Source: Raillietiella orientalis
Lineage: Eukaryota
NCBI GenBank assembly: GCA_036172245.1
Contig: JAYWIR010000017.1
Coordinates: forward strand, 248,001 to 312,000
Reading direction: 5' to 3'
DNA: 64,000 nt
Shown here in pieces: positions 39,701 to 51,239 of the stretch (the first letter of the stretch is position 1; every line of letters starts with the position of its first letter). Position numbers and translations under genes: made by a program. Under the pieces are notes generated by a model, which was given only the letters and a program-made list of their open reading frames with translations, was not told where the DNA came from and did no database searches.

Positions 39701-42063
39701 TTCGATTTCTCAGCAGGCGTGATGATTCACGATACCTTTAAATCTTGGGCTCGTGGATCGCTTTTCTCCTCTTTTTTTTCTTTTTTTTTTTTCTTCCCTT
39801 TTTTCAACAGTATAAACAAAACCAGATTAAAAAAAAAAAAAAAAAATCCTTGAACTCGAAGCGTTTGTAAAGGGAAGAGGTAACCCAGGTCCATTCCCTA
39901 ATTTGCTACTTAAATATGATAAACATGAATGAAAGAAACCTGTTCTCAAACTACATACGAAATAGTTGCTCGTGCATTTCTAAGGGACAGCTATCAACGA
40001 CATGGACGTCAAATATGCTCATTAACAAGCAGGTAAGTACTTTTCGTGCTTCCTGTCACTTCAATTCTTATTTATCCGTGCAAACACTCGTACTACCACT
40101 AGCGTATTTTGCTTACGCCGTGGTTCTTTGAACTCTGGTTCTCTTAACTTTAGGGAAAAAAACGTACTTGCAGAGAGGCCTGAATCAAAACAGATTTCCT
40201 CTCGTGGAATTACGATTCCTCTGATGCCAGAAGATGAGAAACCCTTTCGTGACAACTGGACACTTTCATGTTGACACATTGGGATTCGATCGGCTTCGTT
40301 GAACTGCAATTTCATTTCAGATGACGAATCACACTGGACCATTAACAAACTTCCTTGGAAAGTCCCAAGTTTCGCCAAACACCTTGGTAATTTTTCTCAT
40401 GTTACAAAACAGGAAAGAAAGGGAAGGTGGGGTCAGGTGAGTATCCAAACTCAAATGCACTCTCTCTACCAGAGTAATAATCACATCCAGAATGGCTGTA
40501 ATATAATTTATGCTACTCATCGTAACCTCTGATTGTGGTTTTTACAGCAAAGCATGCGGACCAAAACACTCCACTGTCTATGGTTCTTTGAGTCAACTGG
40601 TTATGCTAAACAAACAAGAGGATTTTTATTTCTTCTTTCCACTCTCTTGATCCCGAAAAAAACACGAGAAACAAGAACTTACCCTGGGAAAATTATGGCC
40701 TTTTCACTGAAACCCTATAGACTACCGATACAATCTACAAGCTCAACATATGCATACATGCATGAATCCACAAATAAATTGTTTCTGGCATGGGCGAAAT
40801 CAAAATTTATTTAAATCCGCTCCAATCCATGCCAGGAGGCTGAATGCCTTAATCAGCTGCATTCAAGATGCAAAATAAAATCGTGACCACCAAACTGCTT
40901 TAGATATGCCGAAGTTACGAGTACGCCCTAGGCAATCCCTTGACTTTGTATCAGGATCATGAATTTATGAGTAATGCACGAGTTGGTCACGAGTAAACCT
41001 ATAGAGCTGTGAGGAAAAAAAAAAAAAAGATGAAACCACTGTCCCTGCTAAACAAAATACGATGCTACGGCTAAACCGATAAACACCTGGAGGTGTTCCC
41101 AAAAGTTCGAACTGGGGCACCATGAAACAACCGTTGCAATCCCGAAGATGCCTTTGGCAATTGATGAAACGATTAAGTACACTTCAGAGTGTGCAGAACG
41201 TACTGACGGGAATGCTGGAGAAGAAGGGGAAAAAAAGAACAACGCAGTACATGTGAACTGCGTGCACTCGATATACACTTGCATATGCACACATTCCTTG
41301 CTATGTGTATGCATTAGACATTACAAGTGCGAGAGCAAAAAAACTGAAATTCATAATCCGCGGCAGCAAAAGAGAGCACACTAAGAAGAACAAACGTCCC
41401 AGTTCTGCGAATTGGATAAATAGCTCATTAAAAGTTACTTTCTTATCAAATGGATGGCAATCCAAAATTATGCGACATTCCGATCGGCACGGAAAAGAGA
41501 AGGCTGATAGGACGGGATCTTAACATGGAAAACCTTCCACAGAAAACTCTGAGACTTCATCTAACCTCCATGTTATTGAAAATTTCCCACTGAATCTCGA
41601 CATACAGAAGTTGATACAAATTGTCTGTACCATGGAGAGTTTGCTGGAAAGTCTTACCTCTGTGAAAACATTTTCACATCGTGAAGAAATATGTGCAGTT
41701 TGAAAAATCGATGACGATTTCCTCCCCCCCTCTCCCCCCCCCCTTTTTTTTTTGAGGGGATGGGAGATCAATACAGTATCTGCATAAATACTCTATCCTA
41801 AAAAGCTCCCTAATTAATAACGTTATTTACCTCTCTCTAAAACGTTCACTGCAAAATGAAAAGTAATCAGAAACCGTTTGGAAGAAGGAAAAAAAATTGG
41901 AAAGAAAAAAACCATTTCCAAAATACGAGGAGAAATTGCGGACAAAACGCAATACACAATTTTTCCACTAACACTGCAAAAAGTAAGCAAAAAAGTATTA
42001 CCTTTTTCAGGTGTTTATTAACCCATTTTGTAAAAGTTTTTTTCTGAATGGCGTCACGTTCAT
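585..42063 (-). CDS. shot: Spectraplakin (short stop / MACF1 / dystonin family), multi-exon; first exon unresolved, 3' end outside window
   Basis: Manual splice tracing, all GT-AG and phase-consistent. Exons: 42002-42063, 32034-32123, 29769-29846, 29222-29314, 26176-26339, 24358-24473, 23535-23638, 23275-23490, 23093-23223, 22460-22717, 22204-22408, 22027-22155, 21743-21982, 21461-21702, 21192-21417, 19945-21141, 18888-19034, 18403-18623, 18068-18266, 17642-18004, 17378-17589, 17133-17333, 16771-17074, 16479-16685, 16299-16434, 15775-16001, 15523-15692, 15329-15476, 14640-15129, 14419-14585, 13618-13833, 13279-13564, 12837-13225, 12445-12786, 12150-12389, 11219-11389, 10485-10811, 10114-10440, 9560-10066, 9304-9501, 8850-9113, 8364-8799, 8011-8261, 7249-7449, 7050-7204, 6399-6672, 5156-6309, 4951-5110, 4707-4904, 4532-4662, 3220-3550, 3071-3168, 2874-2930, 2743-2829, 2532-2682, 2368-2485, 2087-2316, 585-702. 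The domain order CH-CH/plakin/spectrin/EF/GAR is diagnostic. Confidence 0.97.
2087..3168 (-). CDS. shot: Last spectrin repeat with linker, EF-hand pair and start of GAS2/GAR domain (6 exons)
   Basis: [97 protein letters not shown]. Confidence 0.96.
3220..19034 (-). CDS. shot: Spectrin-repeat rod (35 exons)
   Basis: Recurrent LLxWL..E helix-A Trp and ..RW/KW helix-C motifs, e.g. [60 protein letters not shown]. Confidence 0.95.
19945..23490 (-). CDS. shot: Plakin domain with embedded SH3 (9 exons)
   Basis: [44 protein letters not shown], and SH3 [38 protein letters not shown]. The last donor could be 3 nt earlier (GTAGTAG). Confidence 0.94.
23535..26339 (-). CDS. shot: CH2 domain (3 exons: 26176-26339, 24358-24473, 23535-23638)
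   Basis: [71 protein letters not shown]. Confidence 0.96.
28046..28441 (-). CDS. shot: Probable alternative first coding exon (132 aa, Thr/Lys-rich) giving a CH1-less isoform
   Basis: ATG-initiated stop-free 396 nt ending AAG|GTACAA in phase 0, matching the phase-0 CH2 exon at 26339; CH1-less isoforms with unique N-termini are established for Shot/dystonin/MACF1. Confidence 0.65.
29161..29195. repeat. (CAT)n microsatellite
   Basis: About 11 CAT units with one CGT, in the intron just after the last CH1 exon; explains poly-M, poly-D and poly-H ORFs. Confidence 0.9.
29222..29314 (-). CDS. shot: Spectraplakin CH1 exon [31 protein letters not shown]
   Basis: Near-invariant actin-binding-site-2 motif; CAG acceptor, CAG|GTAGAA donor. 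Confidence 0.97.
29769..29846 (-). CDS. shot: Spectraplakin CH1 exon [26 protein letters not shown]
   Basis: TTTCAG acceptor, AAG|GTAATT donor, 78 nt. Confidence 0.95.
32034..32123 (-). CDS. shot: Spectraplakin CH1 exon [30 protein letters not shown]
   Basis: TTTAG acceptor, TTG|GTGAGT donor, 90 nt, DLFEDLxDG CH motif. Not in the ORF track. Confidence 0.96.
36795..36815 (-). CDS. shot: 21-nt in-frame microexon HWGYSAQ within CH1
   Basis: Long T tract then ATAG|CATTGGGGATATTCTGCCCAG|GTATGT; phase 0-0; position (after HLKK) and HW start match plectin exon 2alpha (HWRAE). Confidence 0.85.
42002..42063 (-). CDS. shot: Spectraplakin CH1 exon, (D)[20 protein letters not shown]
   Basis: Poly-T tract plus TAG acceptor and AAG|GTAATA donor; actin-binding-site-1 motif [10 protein letters not shown]; enters in phase 1. 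Not in the ORF track. Confidence 0.96.
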
Positions 42064-44396
42064 CTAGAAAAAAAAAAAAAAAAAGGGCATCTAAAATTGA
42101 GTTTTGTAAAGAGGATATCTACAAGTTCCACAATCACTGCAAAGCATTTTGTACATCATGATGATTTTGTACATTTAGGTACTACAAATGGCTGGTCACC
42201 ACTGCATCTGTTTAAAAATCCAAAAGTATCGAGTTACTCACAAACATAAAATAATAATCCAAGTGATATTTGCGACTCTGGAGCATTCTCACAAGATATA
42301 AAACCGAAACTGCAATCATCAACGATTACACAGTAGTAATGGTCATTACAACCTGCATTTCACATAGAGCCATAATCATAAACGCAAAGTACATGTGCAG
42401 AATTTTGCTTTAAAAAAAAGTTTACACGATGAATATGCCCCCCCAAAAAAAAAAACGTAAAACGAGAGATGATTCCAATAGAGTAAAAGAAAAAGAAACA
42501 GCGGAACAGGAAGCAGTTGGCTCTCCCAGGTTTTTCAGCATTATCAAACATCCCACGCGGATACAGAAAATCTGTCACCTCGGTAAGTAATACTATATAC
42601 GCGGCATGATTTCTGTACAGATTTTCGTCCATTATGGCAGTACCGTACCGGCGATTTCCTCTGAAAAGACACCCGATGAGAATCGGAGAAACCCGCCATT
42701 CCCAAAGGAACCAGGCAGGATGACTTGACAAAAGCGACCCATGGAAAGATACACGAGGACTGAGTAGGAGACTCTTGAAATGAACACGTGGACACTTATG
42801 TGTCTCAAAATGTGCAGAAATTAAATGTACTTGCGATGCAGAAATAAAGCTATTTTCTTAGAAGAAGAAAAAAAAAAAAACAAAGAAAATACGAAACGTA
42901 AATTACGAAAGGTTTCCTTTGTGTGTGGGTTGCATCGCCGATAGAATTTCGAACTTTGGATTTTTGGAACTCGCATGCTTTTTCAACGATCTCAGGGGGG
43001 GGGGGGACAACTGGTTCGTGTTTTTAGACATCAAAAAATCTATTTTGTTAGCTTAGCTTTAAAAGTTTGAACTTTCTTATGTATGTCGCTTTGATCACTG
43101 GAACTGTGGACTGTGTACATGGAAAATACTTTGCTTTGATGAAAGATGTGATAAGGCGATGTCTTTTTTGTTTTTTTTTACGACAGAAATTCCTGGTGCT
43201 CCTAAAGGAAAAAACATTCACCAAAGCTTCAGATAAAGAAGAGAACGTAATGAGTTTGATGCTCTCTTTTTTTCTCCTCCCTTGACAACAAAAAAACATT
43301 AAAGATTTCAGGTCATGTTTGACTGCTCAACACATTATCATTGAAGGTTATGCATCATGTGAAAATCTTGCAGTTTAGATCCCAGAAACAAACTCTTGAC
43401 AGGGATCTTGGTCATGGTCTTCCCAGAACATGGTCTTTCTAATTAACTTTACACGACAACGACACTACGGTGGGCACACGCGAGGGCAGAAACGGATGAG
43501 CCCATTGGGAAAAATAAGTACAGTGAGAAGAAAAACCAAACCAAAATACCACACATGAAAGGGAAGAAAGGGGGATGAAAAAAAAAAAAACGCAAATTTT
43601 CGAAACCGTAACGAACGAAAAGGAAGCAAACTATTGGTACGATGGTACGAAGCACCGAAGAAACCAAGAGGAGCAGTCCACTTACTGTACGAGCACAGTA
43701 CGTGCAAAACGACATACGTACGTCGAAACTCTATGGTTAGAAAGATTACCGGCATCACGACGTGAAATGTGTTCCCAACACCCATGGAACTGAAGTTTCA
43801 ACATTAATAATTCATTTAAAATAATACTTCATGGTGACGGTATTAGGAACTGTAGGTGGAGGACCTACTGGGAACCCTGACGTGCCACAAGGAAAACACC
43901 GACCTTAACCAAACACTCGCAGAGGTGAGTTCGCTGAAGAGTGAACATACAGCCAATGTGCCACACCGCATTAGCATTGTGGATTGCATAGGATTACATA
44001 CGCGTGCATTCCTCCTCAGGGATACAGCCACCTGCTCATGCGGTGTGGTACATAGTGCTTGTACAAGACCATGATAGACAAACCACTATCAAAAGTTTCC
44101 TTCGTGAGATATGAAGGCTTGCCGCTATTCATTTCAGTGTTTAGAGTAAGAAGGGTGATGGTGATGGCAGCAAATCTGTACACAGATAAAGCGTTTACGT
44201 GAGCGCCTATGCGCCAAACGAATACGTAAAAATCATTCTGTAATTCAAAGACAAAGCAACTTCTGAGTTATTGCGATGTAGCTCTTAATTTTAATGATGT
44301 TTACACAAATTCGAGGTGGGAACAATACTCAAATTACGTCAAAACAGGGAACAAAAAGCCGGAAATCAATAGCAACCTCTTTTCACGAGGATTTTG

Positions 44397-44428
<32 letters not shown>

Positions 44429-47400
44429 CAGGAAAGAAAAAAAGTATTCCTTCGATCACCGTGCGGCATGAAATAAGGTTCTTCCAACCCGATAGTGCTA
44501 ACCGAGCTGAAACAACGCCCATGACTGAGCTTTGGAATCGAAGCAAATGGACTTCAGTGGGCCTCGGAAAATTCATAAGAACATAAGGAAATTCCGTAAC
44601 AACTGGAAGTATGAGAAGATTCCGGCTAGGTTTCAGTGAATTGTGGCAAAGCTTGACTACATGGATGCAAAAAACGATCCAGCTGTTCCCAGCCGAGGGA
44701 GAGGAAAAGAGCCACTATGCAGGCCCGATGCAACTCGATAAACGGGAATTAATGACACTGGATGAATCAGTCGAAAAGAATGAGGGTGTAACCAAACCTA
44801 CGGACAGCAATTACAGTCGTTGCATTTGTCCACAATGTCATTTGCTTCATTTGTGGAAAACATAATTTGCACGATTGCCACATTTTCTTTTTCTTTTTTT
44901 CTTAAAAAAAAAAAAAAAAAATAGGGATAGCTAGAACAAACTGTAATCGAAACATTGAAAAACATTTTCTTCACTGACGGAATTGCGTAAAAGGATGCTG
45001 GAAGATGCTGGATTCGTATAATTCTACCATCGTACAGGAACCACTTATGTGTATGCACATGATCTGATCCATGTGCAAAACTCGAGCTCTTTCGAAAAGA
45101 CTGCGCCTTGGAAATCCGAACCTCAGGAAAAAAAGAATAAATGACCGTGTAAAGCAGCACGGGGATACGAACACACATATAGGTGCGAGCATACATCTGT
45201 AAACTTAAATTACAATATTTGCATTCTGGATGCGCAGCTGACGGAGCTGCCGATCCGTTCGGCAGGAATTTCACTGGACGTACCAAAAATTTTACAAGTG
45301 GGAATTTTTTTTTTTTTTTTTTCCTGCGTTGGTTGCACAGCCGCGACGAAAACGCCCGGGTGCTTTAGCGAGCTGTGTCCAAGCAAAAATGCCTCCAAAC
45401 ACTCCTCTCCCGGTTGTTTTTCGGGAAGGATAACCGTAACTCATCAGCTGCACACGATCTTGTCGAGTCTAAATCCAGAAATACGAATTCGGGAAAACAG
45501 CTGTTAGGAGAGCTTAGAAACGTTCTTAGATAACAAACTTCCGTTACAATGCAAGGTCAAACCGGAAAAACGAATGCAGCCGAACAACTCGAAATATAGG
45601 GGTGCAAATGTCGCAAATTCTTCCCCCGCCTGTGTGCACCCCATTCTTTACGGCAGATGCATCCCGTAACCCAGGGATACCGACACGGGATGCCTCCCAT
45701 TGTTGCGCACAGGCACTTACCGTCGCACGTGTTTAACAATAGAGATGATCTGCGTGGGCGTGAAGAAACCTTGAAACGGTTCTCCCATATGATAAATTTA
45801 TACGAATCGGGCCCAACGGTTGAAAGTTTACGGAATGCTTTGGATTGAGGTAAGTTTCCAAGGGAATAATGTAACGACGATTACGAAAATACATCGAAAA
45901 GGTTGTCCATGAAACCGACGTGACGAAATTCGGCACACGATCGTAGTGGAATTCCTGTGCATCGGGAAAATGGAACCGTTCCGTAATTTAGCTCCACTCA
46001 ACAACAAAGATGCTACGAATTCAGTAGATAATCTAATCACGGTGAGAGCTGATGGAATGCTAAAACTCTACTAAAATAAGTCACCGATAGCAGAAGTCCG
46101 AACAATATCCGATAATGTAATTTCACAAAGAAAATCACCGAGCGCGGAGACGTGCCAAAAAAAAAAAAAAAAAAATCGCCAATCTTTAAATTAAAGCATT
46201 TTTCTAACGCTTGCGTCTCGAGATGGGGAGGGAAAAAATGATTTGATAATCCACGTTGAATACTCAAATTGCTAAACTTTGCCGCGCGTGAACGCCATGC
46301 GTCGGCTGTAAGGAATGTGATAAGTCCATAACAGAAGGAATGGTGTGCTTTCTCTGCGATAAATGCTTTATACTTGGTACGTTCTTGCGGAGGTCAGTTA
46401 CTTATCATCCAAAGATACGTCGAGGGGTTCGGTTTTAAAAAACGAATGCGTCCAACACGAATTTCAGCGGCACAAAATCATCTAAAATATCCTCTGGCAT
46501 TAACCCCCTCTTTGTTGGAGCAGAAGGCCAAATACTTCTTTCCGTTCAATTACGGCAAGTTCATCAGATTTGCCCATCTTTCAATATTATAACGGATGAA
46601 TAAACCCGAAACAAAAACAAAAACCGGGCGAATATCGTTATCCAATATACATATATATACATATAACCAACCTTTGAATCTGCTCAGATTCAATTCGTAC
46701 CCATAAAGGGGATCATCCGAATTTTCCAAAACTTCGTTCAACAGAAATCCTGGCATGTTGTTATGACGTATATTTATATCCATTGCATCGAAAACTAATG
46801 CTCACAATTAAAATGAGACCAAACCATGATTATATTTTTAGAACACTTTGAGCATTTGCTTATATTGGCCTTGCCGAGTAATTTCTTTCCTACCACAGAA
46901 CTCAACGTATGTCTCTCTTCACATTGCCGGAAGCACTCGCAACAAAAACTCAACGTGTATACCAGCCGGAATCTGAACTATCCAATGTTTTTTTACACAA
47001 TCGGAAGGTTATATACAGTTCACGATCATAAACCGACCTATTCTAACATGTGATATGTCACACCTTAGAAAGTACCCGGTCCGATGTGGAAAAAAAAAAA
47101 AAAAATTACTTGTACGTACTCTTTTCAGGTTTACAAAATTTGGAGGATAAAAAAAAAAAATCGCTAAAAGCTACCGGGTCCCATGTACCTTCGAAAACTA
47201 CGGATAAATTATCTCTTCACAAAATTTTTTGCATCGTCTTCTAATCCATTTATACCTTATAACCTCATAGCCATTAATAATAATTGGAAAGGGCTGTATA
47301 TGCTATGGGAGTTTTGTACAGATTTATTCATATCAACCAGTGATTCACAACAATGAAACAACAGCTAGACATACAAATTTCATGCAAACAAAATGTTGCA

Positions 47401-48409
47401 TGCTCAACCTGAACTGCCTGATAGGAGTTAATTACTCAATTATAAAATTATATGAAATATCATTGTTGTTTTCTATATTCTGCTGACTCACATTTCAAAA
47501 AAAGGTAAAGCTAAAACCAGAAATTGACTGATTTATGGCATCTGATTTCTACTTCTGAAGAAGAGTTGACAGATGAATTAGAAAACCTTCTAGAAAACAC
47601 ATATTGCCTCAGTCAGGCAAGATGTTTCAAATCTTTTACAAAAGAGTTTCTTAAATTTTCAGGATACATTCAATAAGACATCATCCTTTGAGCATAAACT
47701 TCACACATGCATGCATTTTAGAATGTATCTTGGAAATCCTTGAGCTTGGAAGATAATTTGTTCCACTAGTGAAAAGAACATTCAAAGATAAATGTCACTT
47801 ATGCACTTGTGCACGCCCATTTCCATATGCAGCAAAGAGATGCAGCTTTTTTTTGTTTTTTCTAATGATATCATTCAAATCCCAAGTCATTTGAAAATGA
47901 ACAAGGATAATCTACCCCCTAAGGATTTCATTCCAAACTATACTTCGAGGAAAATTGGATTTAAAATGCATTTTGTGTAAAAACATGAAATATGCACATA
48001 CTGAAGACTATACTTCACATTTATGCTTTGCAAACTTTTTCAAACATGCATCATATTGTTGATAAAATAGATGCAAAAAGATTCACCTGCTATGCGTAGA
48101 ACAGCTCTGTCTGCTGCATCTAACTGAAGTATACTTAATGGCTTATCTTTGGTCCACTCTTCAAGACTTTGAATAAATTCCATTTTGACTAATTATCACA
48201 GCAAAATTGAAATTATGGTGCTCAACAAATAGGAGATAAAATAGCTCAAAACTTAAATGACTAGGTTCAACATAATACTGAAAACTTAAAGACTATTACT
48301 TTGAAGAAAACCAGCTCACTTTAGCAAAAAAAAAAACAAAACTACTAACAAATCTTAACACTATTGGTTGCACTAATAATGTCACGTACATGTCAAGTGC
48401 ATTATTTTG

Positions 48410-48865
48410 CTTTGAAGAAAACCAGCAAAGCTTACATTTTAATGACAAAAAGGGGTTATTTCTCTGCTTTTATTGGCAAACGTAAAGGATTTTGGCTCAC
48501 TTGAGAAAATTTTCCGGTTGCTATACTGCAACTGAATTAATGTAATCAAATGATAACCTAATACTCATGTAACTATAAAATATATTTGGCAGAAAAAAGG
48601 GTTCAAGCACTGTAGAACGCTGCCGTTATTCGTTTTTTTTTTTTTTTTCAAGATATTCCGACTGGGATAAGAATGTAACCTTAATGTTCTCAAAATTGGT
48701 AATTATTATGTATGTTCCACATCATGAAAGTTGTAGCTACTGATACAGACTGCTCATTTTTGAATCCTATTTATTTGTTCCTATTTGTTCTATTAATTCT
48801 TTATTTAAGGTGGTTACATGCGTGATTACAGTGATCACATTTCTAAATAGGAACAAACAGAGCTT
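48410..48865 (+). repeat. Long inverted repeat, arm A (456 bp)
   Basis: Reverse complement of 49771-50225; by-eye alignment gives 4 substitutions and 1 indel. Confidence 0.97.
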
Positions 48866-49645
48866 CATTTACATAATTTACAAGTTTGCTTATCTTATTT
48901 GGGCCCATTGATAAAAGAGACCTCAACCGATACAACCACCGTGTTTGCACTGATAAAATCAAGGTAGTGGGGAATAGGCGTATCTAGCGGGGAGTACGGA
49001 AAGCATAAATCCGTTCCAGGCACTGTCAGTCTTAGCATTAAAAAAGAAAAAAGGGGAAGGGGGGCAAAAGAAGAAAAAAAGGATGGGGGGTGAAGAGGGA
49101 GGGGCACACAATGGAGAGCTTCGGCGTGCCCATGTGAAACTCGGCGCTCGCATGCACAGAACGCGGTCGTGCGAACGCGGACTCTCCGGGAATCAATTGC
49201 TGAACCGGCCCGGGAGTGTGTGTTCTCGTACAACCATTTGCAAACCATCTCTGGATCGTACTTGTACGGCAAGTACCGCCGCAAAACACGTGCACACATG
49301 CTGCTGCACCTTTCGTCATACTACGGGGAAAGGGACTCAACCCTCTGGATCAGCACAGTGGCCAGAACAGGTGACTCGCGAAAATGTGCACACGACACGA
49401 AATTGTGCCGGGGGGGGGGGGAGGGAGGAGGAGGAAAGAAGCATGAATAAAAAAAAAAAAAAGAAAGGAAGCACGTCCGATACGGTGTTTACACTGTACA
49501 CTCTGCAGAAGTGAGAAATCCACCCCCGCTTGTCATCGATATTCGATTGGAGCACCCCCAGTTCGTACAATTTTGTAAGAAATCCCAGACAATAGACTGG
49601 AAGGCACTTCATTCCATTGTGAAACCACAGGACTGTGGTCTATAG

Positions 49646-49750
49646 AACCACACAGTAGGAAAACAAGAACAAAAACAATGGAGATAAGGATTACTTCATA
49701 AACTGCCTCTACTGTTCCCGTTATTAATGATCTTTGTTTCTACTGCAGAA
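49646..49750 (+). repeat. Second inverted repeat, arm B (105 bp)
   Basis: Reverse complement of 51240-51344 with 7 mismatches by eye. Confidence 0.93.
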
Positions 49751-49770
49751 TCCTCAAATAACAAAAAAGC

Positions 49771-50225
49771 AAGCTCTGTTTGTTCCTATTTAGAAATGTG
49801 ATCACTGTAATCACGCATGTAACCACCTTAAATAAAGAATTAATAGAACAAATAGGAACAAATAAATAGGATTCAAAAATGAGCAGTCTGTATCAGTAGC
49901 TACAACTTTCATGATGTGGAACATACATAATAATTACCAATTTTGAGAACATTAAGGTTACATTCTTATCCCAGTCGGAATATCTTGAAAAAAAAAAAAA
50001 AAAGAATAACGGCAGCGTTCTACAGTGCTTGAACCCTTTTTTCTGCCAAATATATTTTATAGTTACTTGAGTATTAGGTTATCATTTGATTACATTAATT
50101 CAGTTGCAGTATAGCAACCGGAAAATTTTCTCAAGTGAGCCAAAATCCTTTTCGTTTGCCAATAAAAGCAGAGAAATAACCCCTTTTTGTCATTAAAATG
50201 TGTGCTTTGCTGGTTTTCTTCAAAG
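49771..50225 (-). repeat. Long inverted repeat, arm A' (455 bp)
   Basis: Reverse complement of 48410-48865. Confidence 0.97.
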
Positions 50226-50378
50226 TAGAATAGAATTACTAGAATTGCTTGTTTGGTACTGGTAGGAAAAAAAAAACAAATGGAATTACCAGTTAGTAGA
50301 CTGACAGTTTTTACGGACAAAAGAAAATTCTAGACCTCGGATTCCTTCGACTTGAGCCGAACGCTCATCGTACGCGAG

Positions 50379-50417
50379 AAAAATGAATTTAGAAAATTTG
50401 TTTCTAAATTCATTTTT
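50379..50417. repeat. Perfect 17-bp hairpin
   Basis: AAAAATGAATTTAGAAA-ATTTG-TTTCTAAATTCATTTTT. Confidence 0.9.
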
Positions 50418-51239
50418 AAAATTGGCAGTTCCGCACCTCATGAAGGCCGTTAATTAGTTGTCGGTGAGAGTTTTTGTAATCATCAAAGCTTCCTTTGAGT
50501 GTACTCACTTTGCAGACAAGTAGTCGAAAACCTACTGCAGTTCCATACTCTCACTTTTAATCATTAGTTTCATCATTAGTTCCAGTTCTCAAATTAAGTA
50601 AGACTGGAGACAGTACATAAAGACAAATGTTCAATTTGTTTACCGATAGCTATGAATAAATTGATGATCAATGGAATCATTTCTTCCTGTCCTACTCCAT
50701 TTCTTTTCCAGTATCTTACATTTCCACTCTTCGTTTTCTTTTGTTTCTCAGCTTCGATTTGCCCTTCCTGAGATGCTTGTGATCAGGAGGTAACTTCGGA
50801 GGAAAGAAGGAAAAATATCACATCAAGCTGGTTTTTTTCATGAACCAAATAAGTGGGAGTTGAAAGAATTTTTCAGGATGAATCTCCATCTCTCAAAGCA
50901 GCATCGGAATTTTGATAATTGATGATTCACAAAACTGCCGAGGCAGAATTCCTGATCAGCAACATGAAAGCTGAAAATTCAGAAAATGAGTCTCATCTTT
51001 TACGTATGCTGTAAAATCTTCAAATGTTTTCCAATGTAGAATTTGAGCTGCTGCTGCTTGTTTCTCGACAGCACTTTCGCCAGCACAGGAAATCTATACA
51101 GACAGTGGACCCAAGGCAATCTTCCTTTTTTCTGCTCAAGCCAAAAAGGCTGTACCAACTGTGCCCTCCGATCATGATTTGAACCCTCCATGGTGTACGG
51201 GGTTGTCGGATTAGCATGGAATGTCTCAAAGAGCGTGAC

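Noticed and set aside
585..42063. Non-canonical splicing or stop-codon reassignment in shot
   Set aside because: Apparent frame breaks (e.g. near 22410 and 16300) resolve with ordinary GT-AG introns and no in-frame stops.
48410..50225. Autonomous DNA transposon
   Set aside because: No transposase-like ORF in the loop and no target-site duplication at the outer ends; kept only as an inverted repeat.
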